A stretch of DNA of 64,000 nucleotides, counting the filler, from Dirinaria sp. TL-2023a (taxonomy: Eukaryota): the NCBI GenBank assembly GCA_051941275.1. It is 11 parts of 11 records of this genome, joined end to end, with 100 filler letters (N's around TTAATTAATTAA, not from the genome) between each part and the next. Parts side by side here need not be neighbours in the genome. Positions count along the whole stretch, not along the records: positions 46,731 to 52,461 come from JAVEBF010001598.1; positions 52,562 to 58,291 come from JAVEBF010001599.1; positions 58,392 to 64,000 come from JAVEBF010001623.1; 8 more parts are not named here. One strand, written 5' to 3'. Of the stretch, positions 47,838-58,904 are shown piece by piece. The notes under the pieces are model-generated. The model was not told where the DNA came from, searched no databases, and was given only the letters and a program-made list of their open reading frames with translations. Every line of letters starts with the position of its first letter. The first letter of the stretch is position 1. Made by a program: the position numbers and the translations under genes.

Positions 47838-49682
47838 ATGGCACCCAATGAAACAGAATCGGTCAATATATCGGACGCTGGCAGGGGTCCTTGCAACGGG
47901 CATGACCATGGTGTTACAGGCATGGCATCAAAACTGAAGAGATATCCAGAGACTGGTATTTCAGTCCTCATCATTGGATCAGGCATTGGAGGCTTAATGA
48001 CTGCATTGGAATGTTGGCGGAAGGGACATTCGGTTGAGATTTGGGAGAGAAGTGCCGGTCCAATCTATACAGGTGAGCTGCAGAAATGGGTTTAGATCAT
48101 ACGTAGAGTTTCAATCTGCGGTCGGTGTTAATTACCGGTCACTAATGCCATGTGTTCAGGGGATAATATTGTCATTCAGCCCAGCGCCATGTCCGTATTC
48201 CGCCATTGGCCTGAGCTTTGCAAGGAGATCGAGCAAGAGCAATATGATTGCTGGATGTCCTACTACAAGCACTCCGGCGAACACGTTTACGGCCCTAATC
48301 CGCCAAGCTTCAATGACCCTGAAAATATCGCTGGACGCAAGGGCCCATACGTTGCACTCATGCAAAGCCGTGTCAAGTTCTACAAGTCGCTAGTCCGCCA
48401 GGTTGAGCGGCTTGGGATCAAAGTAGAATACAACAAACGTGTTGTCGGATACTACGAACATTCAGTCTCCGGTGTTGGAGGTGTCGTGCTTGAAAGCGGT
48501 GAGAAAGGTGAGGCTGATGTTGTAGTTGCTGCCGATGGGATCAAGACCTGCTCAGGCAAAATCATCTCCGGGGCGGACATTCAACCGAAGGAAAGTGGAA
48601 TGGCAGTATATCGCTCTGCCTATCCAGTTGAACATATTTTCTCCGAGCCGCTTGTACAAGAGCGTTGGGGACATAAAAAAGGGGACCGTCCGATCTGGGA
48701 ATTCTGGCTTGGGTTAGTTCGCCCTGTCCGAAAATGTCGTATGACTTGTCATTGGCTGAATTGAATCATAACACAGAACTGGGCTCCATTTTCTCGTGGC
48801 GATTACTGACGATATCGTCTGTTGGGGCTTGACGCATCAGGTATTCTATCACACTTTTCTCTGCGCTCAGTGAACAAGCTTTTTTCTTGAAAAGTACAAC
48901 CGCCAAATCGCTGACATCTTGCTCATTGCATAAGGACGATGGCTCAGCTACCGAGTCTTGGACTCCCAATGTCGATCCTGGCGATGTTCCGAAAGTAATG
49001 GAGCGCGAAGCCCCTGGCTGGCATCCCGCGTTGGCCGCGATCATGAAAGCCGCACCTAAGGGCACCGTGGCCCATTGGAAGCTCATGTGGCGTGACCTCC
49101 GCGAGGAATGGACTTCACCCGGCGGTCTCATTGTCCAGGTGGGCGACAGCGCACACTCGTTTCTGCCGGCGTCAGGGAATGGAGCCAGCCAGGCGATAGA
49201 AGATGCGATAACCCTGGCCACGTGTCTGCAGCTAGGCGGGAAAACCAACGTGTCGGTTGCCACCAAAGTGTACAACAAACTACGGTCAGTTCACCCCGAG
49301 CTTGATTTATTGTGACTTAATTCTCTCCCCCGACGAGTTGACCAACGAGCTCCACAGATATGAGCGTGTCTCCTGTGCGCAAAAGATGTCCTTCGTCAAT
49401 TCACAAATTAAACATTACACCGACTGGACCGCCGTTGCCGAGAATCCCAAACTCATCCGAACCCGCTTCCCGCGTTGGATCCACCAGCACGACCCCGAAG
49501 CATACGCTTATGAGAAATTCGGCCTGGCTTTCAATCATATCGTAAGTAAGGGGGAAGTGGAATATCAGAACTCGAATTTTCCTCCCGGCCACGTCTTTAA
49601 GAAGTGGACCATTGAGGAGGTCAAGGAGGAAATCAAGGCGGGAAAGAGGGTGGAGGCATTGTTGGATGGGGACTGGACATGA
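47838..49682 (+). CDS. FAD-dependent monooxygenase (group A, UbiH/salicylate hydroxylase/MAK1-like); exons 47838-48072, 48160-48712, 48777-48840, 48935-49284, 49358-49682
   Basis: GSGIGG dinucleotide-binding motif, AADG motif, QVGDSAHSFLPASGNGASQAIEDA; four GT-AG introns keep the frame. Confidence 0.93.
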
Positions 49683-50329
49683 TCTGGCTTTGGCCTGGTG
49701 AGGTAGGGAGACTGCTGCGAGAGGACAGGGCTTATACCAAGTGCCTATCGTAACCAAAATAAACTCAAAAATCTACCTTACGTACCTTACCTATTCGATA
49801 CCAGTGTCGGAAGTGGCTGGATACATGGGCCTTGACCATCAGGGGGTCATTGACGCCAATGCTATGCATACAATCGTGTATGTTATCGTTGCCACGGTGC
49901 GTATATCGATATACGACATAGTTATCTCGAATGTCATCGCCGATGTGCAACTGTCATTGCGTACTCATATCATATGTGACCAGCTTTATGCAATACCGTC
50001 GGATGCTGAGAATCGCTAAACCTCATGCGGTCAGCGCAGCATTTTCGACGTATTCATCCATATCCCAATTCCACCAAACAATGCAATATACAACCAACTG
50101 TCTCGGGTCATGTAAGCATTCGTTTTCTCATCCACTTGCTCACTCACTCACTTCAGATACCAAGTAGAAGAATCTATGATGATCCCTGAAGATGAATTTT
50201 GAAATTCCATTCAAAGCGGATCACCCACTCAAAAAACCGCTATACAAGTTTCGAATCCAAAATATACGCACAACATGGAAATTGTGACTAGAAGCTTTTG
50301 ATGGTCCCCAGCGACATCAGAGGACGCTA

Positions 50330-52461
50330 GCACGCTTTTTAGTATTGATGAGTTATGTTCGTTTCTTTTATCTTCGTATCTTCTACACTTTTTGTATTTC
50401 TGCTTTCAGCACGCGCTGCGGACGTTTCATTCTCAAAGCTTCGCTTTAAGAACAGTATTGATCTCATCTTATGACGTTTAGAATCTCACTTCTCGAACGT
50501 TTTAAAACATTAATCGAGTAGCGAATATTGTATTCGATCTCATTTATCATTGTTTGGCTCTAGAGATATTTATCTTGTACAACAGATCTACTATGTCGTT
50601 GATATCGTCGAATTTTAAGTCTAGCATTAACTTTTAATCCATGATAAGTATCATACATCTTAAATACTTAGTTTACAATTCGCACGAAGAAAACAAATAT
50701 GTAAAGATATTTGAGATCTCGAGTAATTAGACTTAGATTGAGAAAGAGGTGATGAGTTGAAGATAGAAATCCAGAGCCCAGGATCAGGATGACTTAAGTT
50801 TTGCTTCTTTTTCAGTCGCTACTAATCGCAGTTTTTGATTGAGGTTTTACTTCTCAGTATACTGGGAAAATTATCATGGTGATCGAGACCGCGACTTCTA
50901 CAAAAAACTTTTTCATCGTTTCAGAGACAGTTTCTTCGTTCAACGTCGCTCTGAAAAATAATTCAAATGCTTGACGTCTGGCGAGAGATAAACAGAGAGT
51001 GAAAAATTCTATTCAATTACAACTTTCTTTTCTCATTTTCATCGCTCAACGTCATTAGCATTTTTATCTAAGTTATCAGTTCGAATGTTTTTAGATTTCA
51101 TTTTTTTATATCGTTAAGACGAAACGCAAAGTAGTTCTAAGACAATGTCGCTATGATGTTATAGACAATTGCAATTGTCAAGAGCAATAATAAGAAATTA
51201 TTGAAATTAAATATCAGGGAAGAGAAAATATGTTCTCGAATTTACGAGACAGAATGTATTGAATATCACAATATGCTCGAGTTGAAGTCGATGATCGCAA
51301 GCACACGATCTCAGAATAATTGATCTCTAAAGCTAAACGCAACGTAATATTTCTCTCTCATAACTTTGAAGAAGATACAAACGCTCGTTCCGAGTAAATC
51401 AAATATCGTCGGAGAAATCTCGTCGATAAACTCGAGATTCTTGAACACAGAAACTCAACTGAAGAGAGCGATCGATAGTATTCAAGAATTTTCGCTTGAC
51501 TTTCTCGAGATCTCATGCTCAACTTTCGAGATTTGAAATTGTTTTGAAAAAAATAAAGAGAAAAAGAAGAGATTTAGCTTGAATGGTTCTCACAAAAAGA
51601 AAAAATAAGTTAGTCGTTAGTTCTATTCCTGAAATTATGACTTCTCTTCGAGCTTATTTTTGATTTGTGACATTCGAGGATTTCGCTGAGTTTGTCGAAT
51701 TGATTGGGCGCTCTAATATCAGGATGATTATAATTTGTGATCAAGACTTTTACTCTTTCCATCGCTTTAAGAGGAACTTTATTTTCGTATGCGATCTGCG
51801 AGACTGAACGATACTATAAGCGATACGTCTCTCGATCTATTTGAAACAATAGAAAATAATGTGTTAATCTTCAGAAAGACAAATCAGAACGTCAGACTTC
51901 TCTTCTTCTTAAGTTCTTGAATGAAAAGAACTCGACGATTCATTACCCATGTTTCTCAGACTACTCTTTCTTGTTGTTGAGAGTAATTTGAGTTTCTTTC
52001 ATCCGTATATATGCAAACCTCTTCAAGATCTTATCACTTCAATTTTCTCTTGCAGTGTTTTGAGATTCTTTTTATAATTTTGAGTCTCGACGTGATATTC
52101 TTTATTCATGCGCCAACATTTCTTCTTCAAGTAATACACGCTCGAGCACGAGTTTCAGAAAAAGCATCGAGCTTTGATGAAGTTTATCTCTAGTTTTTTT
52201 TTTTATTTGTTTTCTGGAGCAAAAGATTAACAACGATCGATGATACTCGCTCGAACATATTTGACGTGAAATTATATTGTTCAAAAAAGCGATCACAACA
52301 TGCAAGAAGTATCAAATGTCAAGAAGAATTTATCAAGAACTTTAAATAACGATTACAAATATCTTTAGTCTTAATCAAAAGATCAAAAAACAGCTTCACG
52401 ATACTAAATGTTTTATTACTTCATATCTAAAACAAAAATCTCAATTTCCAAAAATTTTTAC
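50330..52461. repeat. AT-rich, hypermutated (RIP-like) relic, probably from a repeat or transposon; family not identifiable
   Basis: No long ORFs; CC/GG visibly scarce; TCGA, GAGA and TCTC abundant. Confidence 0.6.
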
Positions 52462-52561
52462 NNNNNNNNNNNNNNNNNNNNNNNNNNNNNNNNNNNNNNN
52501 NNNNNTTAATTAATTAANNNNNNNNNNNNNNNNNNNNNNNNNNNNNNNNNNNNNNNNNNNN
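52462..52561. other. Artificial contig linker
   Basis: N44-TTAATTAATTAA-N44. Confidence 0.99.
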
Positions 52562-54010
52562 CAGTGGAACTCTTTCGAACGAATCTTGATCGGATGCACT
52601 CGCCTATCGTCTTTCAAAAGTGCTGAAGATTTATTGGGAGTCAAGGTGAGGAATGTCGAGCAAACCGAAAGTCAAGATGGTGGATCTTGGGAATGTTGAG
52701 AAGTGATCTTGGGGTGATTCCAAATCCTGCTGGTGGCTCTAGCTACGCGTCCTGAGAAGATCATACTCACAGTATTATCCTGTGTTACGTGCTATGAGAC
52801 CTGGTGATCTTGAATATCATCTGAAGAATGTTGTTGCTGCTAGTAGCAGCTCACGCGTGGCAAGTAGAAGTTGAGAGGGTCGATAGACATACAACATGGA
52901 ACTCAGGCCTCGGTGAGATTGTGTTTACTCGGTCTTAGGAAGCTTATGGTGTGGTGTAATGATATTCTGCGATCTCTCAGCGAAGAAGGAGACTCCCGGC
53001 ACAGCTCGAGCTATGATCAAAAGACTGCTGAAAGGGTTTGTGATCGTAGGCTATGAGTAAGTATGCAAGATCATGGAAGTGCTCAAATAGAGGATTTGGC
53101 AGAAGAGCAAGGAGCTTGAGTCTCGGCAAGGATTTCTGAAGCGGAGGAAGGAGTCTGCCTGATCTCGGCGCCGAGATAGGTTTGTTTGGCTATTGTGACT
53201 CTGTGGTCTTCCAAGCTCTTGAATGACAAGTTTGTTCTTCTTCTCTGATAAGTCCAGCATCTGCAACTGCATGGTGTGTTTTGTTCTGAACTGATTCATA
53301 TTGTACTGGGGAATGTCTCAAGTATCTTTGAACCCAGGCAACTTTGCATTGGATGTGTGTTAAATTGAAGAGATGCGCTCTATAGGTTTGCATCTTGCAG
53401 AAGGAGAGACATTTGAAAGAAAAAAAAGCTAGCTAGGATTGTCCTGAAAGCATGAAAGATCGTGAGTACACAAGGCCTCTTAAAGTCGGCTTTGAGACTT
53501 GATTTTTGTTCTATGTTTGGAAGATTGAATTAAGATACATAATTACCAGTATATTAGTATACTTCTAGCTAGCAATGGATATTGGCATCAGGTATGGCTT
53601 GGGATGAGGCATAAAGAAGAGGTATCATGAAGCAGCGAAAAAAAGGTAAGAGGTTTGTGGACCATCTCAGCAATCAAATACTCAGGAAAGTGTCAGAATT
53701 CCTTGAAAGCATTATTAGAATTCATGTCATGTCACTTCAGTTGAATGAATTCCGAGATTTCACTCCTACAACACTGGCGCAACACTTTGCATGTTAAAGG
53801 TGAATTTGGAAAAGCCATTTGGAGCTATGATGAAGTTTCTGGGATGAAAATAACATTGTACTGCTGTGGAACCTATCAAGTATCTAACACGAAGCAATTT
53901 AATGCGCTCCATATGATTGATGATGACAAACTCTTCCCCTGACGAAATGAAGAACGTGCTGCCCGTCGCGCCATACATGTAAAAGGGGGAGGGGGGAGGG
54001 ATGTGATCTA

Positions 54011-55333
54011 TTAGAGATCAGATGCTAGCGCCATTAAGTCCGGAAGCTCTCCTCCATGGAGGATGTAAAACTCTATGGGTGCTGTGGCGGGATAGGAGGC
54101 GAGGCCATCGGCGAATTCACTGTCGGAGAGTCTGCTGAAATGAGCCTTCTGGAGGGCCATGCCCTTCCATTGGGACTTCTGCTGGAGGAATGATCTCCAG
54201 CTTCCAGCTCCCGGTCCGAACCGGACCTCCGTCATGACGAGCTCGGCCAGTGTTTGATTGTGACCGGAGAGGAATTCGAGCAGAGAGGTCTCCTTTACGC
54301 AGATGCCTTGGATTGACAATGTTCGAAGCCTTGGCCAGCGTGCGTGTCTGAGATATATCATGTCGTCCAGAGCCTCTGATTCCGTCTCTTGAAGCGCTTG
54401 ACGTGCTCTAGCCGTGAATGTTAGCTCGAGAGATACCAGGTTCTGTGTGAAAAGAGCGATATCGTTCATGGCTCCTATAGCCTCTCCAGCGCTGATGTGT
54501 GAGCTCACCAGAATGTGGTGATAATTTAGGCAACCGACTCTAATCCGAAGGCTTTTTATTGGAGAGATTTTATTGAAGAAGCGGTGCGCCATGGCCATTT
54601 CTCCCCAAAGCCGATCGAATAGAGGGGCACGGTCTTGGACGTCGTGAAGGACGAGCTCTTCTAGTTGCGCACGACGATCTACTATCGCCGACGTGTCTGG
54701 GACTTGCCACTCCTCAGCGTCTTGATCTGCCATGCTCCGGTGAATGTCGCTAATGTAGGCCGGATCGCATCTCATAGCTCTGCTAAGAATCTTGTAGAGG
54801 GGTCGAAGGCTTGGGTGGATATCGCCGAAGCGGGATGGCTTTGATGCACTTTGGATGATTCGGCCATTGCCAAGTTCTATGCGCTTTAAGTTGCCAAAAT
54901 GCGGTAGGGCGGCGTTCAGTGCTTTATAATCGGCTTTCTGGAAGAACAATTGGAGCTGTTTTAGGTAGAGAGTTTCGTAGAGTTTGAACCCCAATTCCAC
55001 TGTAGAGTTTAGGAGGACGCGACTATTGTTGGTCCCTGTACCTTGAATGGTGTCGCTCCATTCTTGGAAGCTCAAATGAGGTATTTGCTCTGCAATATAC
55101 AGTATATTCCTCACGTAGATGGATAGGCGAGACTCCGATATGGAACGTAGTTTGTTGAACGACGAGGCCCACACGTACACTACGATTGTTGCGAAAAGCC
55201 ACCGGGCTCCTTCCACGGACCATAACGAATTCACCAGACGAATTTGCTTAAGTGAGGATGTCTCGCAGTTGCTGAGGATCTGGCGACGGATCTCCGCTGG
55301 TAGATGAGCCGCGTAGTTACCTGAAGCAGCCAT
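54011..55333 (-). CDS. F-box-like protein with a C-terminal LRR/RNI-like region, intronless
   Basis: N-terminal LPAEIRRQILSNC...LKQIRLVNSLW...ARWLF; C-terminal LVSLELTF, WPRLRTLSIQG and LAELVMTEV repeats. Confidence 0.8.
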   Translation of the reverse strand: MAASGNYAAHLPAEIRRQILSNCETSSLKQIRLVNSLWSVEGARWLFATIVVYVWASSFNKLRSISESRLSIYVRNILYIAEQIPHLSFQEWSDTIQGTGTNNSRVLLNSTVELGFKLYETLYLKQLQLFFQKADYKALNAALPHFGNLKRIELGNGRIIQSASKPSRFGDIHPSLRPLYKILSRAMRCDPAYISDIHRSMADQDAEEWQVPDTSAIVDRRAQLEELVLHDVQDRAPLFDRLWGEMAMAHRFFNKISPIKSLRIRVGCLNYHHILVSSHISAGEAIGAMNDIALFTQNLVSLELTFTARARQALQETESEALDDMIYLRHARWPRLRTLSIQGICVKETSLLEFLSGHNQTLAELVMTEVRFGPGAGSWRSFLQQKSQWKGMALQKAHFSRLSDSEFADGLASYPATAPIEFYILHGGELPDLMALASDL

Positions 55334-55360
55334 GACGTCGAAGTGCTACGTAGGATCTTC

Positions 55361-55660
55361 TGCTACCGGCTTCAAGATGTAGGAAAGTGAGCGTGCGAAA
55401 AGCTGAAGTAATTTTGACTGCAACAATGCAAGATCTTTGCTGTAGACAGATGGGACCTTCGCCTCGGTTATCCGACTAGATAAATGAATACAGATGTAGA
55501 AAGTGGTTGTTGCTGGGAGATGCTAGCCTCGAGAGAGAAGTACGCGCTGCTGCTACCGTGTTCAAGGCAGGGGAAAGTGAGCGTGTAGAGATTTGAAGTT
55601 TGGGTGGCTTGCAACAGTAGAAGATCTTTGCTATAAAAGGATGGAGAGTTTCGCCTTGGG
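55361..55660. repeat. Imperfect direct repeat, unit about 105 bp, period about 190 bp
   Basis: TGCTACCG..TTCAAG....GGAAAGTGAGCGTG...TGAAGT...TGCAACA...AAGATCTTTGCT.TA...GATGG...TTCGCCT occurs from 55361 and again from 55551. Confidence 0.8.
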
Positions 55661-57329
55661 TCTCCTACAAGATAATGAATGCGGAGGAAGATAGTGATAG
55701 AGCGGTTTCTTGAATGTTGCCCGAAAATGCTGATCTTGGGGGAGAATGATACAACAACAACAACTGGTTTAGGAAAGGGCCAAAAAGCATTGTGTGGAGA
55801 TTGTGATGGAAATGATTCCCCACTTTTGACGAGCTAGCCATTTTTGTTGATGGAACCGTGCAACATGCTGATAGCACAGCGTAGATTTGTGTTTATATGG
55901 CCGCACAGCATAACTTTGGCTTTAAGCGAAGGCAGCAGCATAAGCTTCTAGTGTGGGATTTCTCAAAGAATGTGTGCTAGTAGAGATGGGTGGATAAGAT
56001 GTGCATAATGGACTATAATCCATTGAGGCCCTTTCTTAAAGACCTGCTCGTCCACCCAAAGAGCTGACTGAAACTGTCTTTGAGATGTGTCGATGCTTTC
56101 TGACATGCTCAGCTGGAACATTCTAAGCATACTCTCTAATGAGTAGATGATTTACTGTCACTATATGAGCAATCTTATACAACACAATGCCTGTATTGTA
56201 CAACACATAGGAGAGAGAACACATTTAGAGAAAAAAGGAGAGGGTTTCAACACAAACTCAGGTAGGCATAGCCTTTTCTTCACTGAACACGACAACACTG
56301 AGCTTCTACAGCAGAGTTATGTTAGATGATATCCTGTTAAGCTTGGAAAGTAGTATAGAAGTTGTGATGAAATTCCAAACGAGATCAAGGCCGAGCTTTT
56401 GGCTCTTAGACATCATCTGCTTCAGTCAATGGTCATCATGATGATTTGCAAGTACATTTTTGTTACATTCCAAGACTGAAGAAGTGAATGCGCGGCTTTG
56501 AATTATCCGCCAAGGCGGCGCTAAATCTTGTAAACGAGCACAGCGCTAAGCTTGTTTAGTTAAAGTCATCAACATCCATCCTTTGATTGAGGTTTCGCTC
56601 ATCTACCTTTCTCTGACCTGCCAGATCTCAATTATATGTATCTCTTGATCTAAATTATCGAATTGAACAGAATGGGTCTACTTAGCATGCCCAAAATTAT
56701 TCCAGGACAGCTTAGTCCTATGCATGGAATACCAAGTCCTTCTAGAAGTTGGCTTTCCTTCAAAATCATAGAATACAATCAAGGCAAGCTTAGAATTTAA
56801 GCACTGGACTCCCAAAAAGTAGGCCACTGTCTCAAGATAAGCTATGTAAATGTGGGTGTCCAATTCCAGTTTCTTTACAGGAGTACGCCGTCGCTCATTG
56901 CATCTTGAATTAGCATATGAAAGTTGAGAATGGCTTGGAAAGGAATCAGTAGCTTCGCATCAATCTCCGCATATTGCCAATTTTTCTTTCGTTTTGGAAA
57001 AATGAACGTCAAATCCTGCCCATGAGGGTAAAGTGATTCTTGGGCGAATCTGTCATACCTTTCGGTAGTGAAACACTTCGTCCGCAGCAGCTTCGTCATA
57101 AGCTGTAGCTCATGATGGCAATCGCCCTCAAAGCTACCTGAAATTTTTTTTTTTTTTTTTTTTTCCTTTCAACGTGATTATGAAGTTGAGCCTGGCGGGC
57201 CCTCCTCAATGGCCAGCTTCATCCCCTACCTTAAGATCTTACGAGTACAGTGTACTTGACCAATCATAATCTCCTTGTCTTAAATCCCCAAAAGTTTCCC
57301 CCTCAAAGAATATCTTTAAATCAAAGAAC

Positions 57330-57506
57330 ATGGCCATTATACAAGCCTTCAGCACCATCTTCGCCCTGGCTCTTTCAGCGCAAGCAGTCCCAACACCCCA
57401 GTACTTCTGCGCACTGATAATAATGGGCTCCTGCGAGAAGCAGGATGCGCATAAAAAACGTGAAATGCACACCCAAATAGCAAGGGAAATGACAAATGGT
57501 TCCTGA
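57330..57506 (+). CDS. Small secreted peptide precursor, 58 aa
   Basis: MAIIQAFSTIFALALSAQAVPTPQYFCALIIMGSCEKQDAHKKREMHTQIAREMTNGS*; strong start context (AACATGG), signal peptide, two Cys, KKR site. Confidence 0.5.
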   Translation: MAIIQAFSTIFALALSAQAVPTPQYFCALIIMGSCEKQDAHKKREMHTQIAREMTNGS

Positions 57507-58291
57507 GTATCCCCCGCACCACTTGGCAAGACATAATCAGTTGGAATCGGCGTCACTATTACAAAAGGTATAAGCTAGGGCTTCAACCTATACGTCTTCT
57601 GAACCCGACGCCGGACACCGAGTCTCATAGACATGAATAATGAAAGTGGAGAACAGGCTAGAAGACTTCGGAGACATTACCTTCGACGCCTTAGTAGCGT
57701 GGAGTAGAACCACCACCAAAGACTAGGGGGGACAGCTGGGTACGTCGCCCTACACACACCCCACTCAGCATACACTCCCATCTTGACATAACTCACACTC
57801 TCTCCAGCATTCCCTACCCGCCAGGCTCCCCCAACGCTTCTGTCTACGGCATGTCCAGCCACGCCCAGCTCGTCAACACCAGCGGCATATAATACAAGCA
57901 TGACACCGGCGACTGCTATAACTTCAGAGACACGGCTTGAGGCTCAGAAATCCCCTTCAAGTTCTCGGCGCCGGTAGTGTCGACGACCTTGAGCGGGCGG
58001 GATGGGAGACGCGCATGCAGATTTCCGTGTGGATCTTGCATCTGCTGCTGCATCTGGATGGATGAATCAAAACACGCTTTCTAGGCTAAGGAAGTACTCG
58101 TACCGCGAATTCGGCGTGGCATAGGACAGGGGGTTACTATTGGGATTGTCTAAGCGTCGGTGTCCGGTGTAGGCATTACTGCTCCTGTATTTCATTTTTC
58201 CGCAGCTAGAAGTACCCTGCAACTCCCATGCTATATTCACTTACGAACCTGCCTTCCTGATTTCGAACCCTCCCCCCCCCAAAGTATACAC

Positions 58292-58391
58292 NNNNNNNNN
58301 NNNNNNNNNNNNNNNNNNNNNNNNNNNNNNNNNNNTTAATTAATTAANNNNNNNNNNNNNNNNNNNNNNNNNNNNNNNNNNNNNNNNNNNN
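58292..58391. other. Artificial contig linker
   Basis: N44-TTAATTAATTAA-N44. Confidence 0.99.
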
Positions 58392-58904
58392 GGAAAGATG
58401 TTTGGATGCGTTGGATTTGGTGAGTTTGGGAAATGCTTTTGGATTTTCTCATGCTGATGATAAACCCTGACTTCGGTGTTCAGAATAATTGATACACGCT
58501 CCGGCAGATTTTTGCGGGATACAAAATGAGAGTGTCGCCATCAAGATTCACCTTTCCACGAACAAAGGGTTTGTGAGTCTGGGAGGGATTACTAAATTTA
58601 AGCAGTGATTTCTGAGAATTAGGAGTACCTATTGAGGTTGAGCAGTAACTTATAACTTAAGGTAAAGTCTGTTGCAAAGCTTTAATTGAAACTTCAATAG
58701 TAGTTAGTCCACCTCTCCTGTACGTTTTTCAGTCTCGTATCGATGCAGGTGTCAAGCTCTCACGTGTATCATCCTTCCATCAATTGGCAAACTTCTTGGA
58801 ACCTGTGATGCTCCACACGGGTACTAGTAAAATATAGTCGAGCGTGTTCCTTAAGAATGCACTGAGGTTAGATTGCCAAAGTCAAGAGCCGTCGACTCCG
58901 TTGA

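Noticed and set aside
52562..53980. Possible gene or transposon relic
   Set aside because: Fragments are too short and unidentifiable without a database search.
5754..58391. Regularly spaced TTAATTAATTAA as a biological repeat or CRISPR-like array
   Set aside because: It is embedded in N-runs of fixed length and is an artificial six-frame-stop linker.
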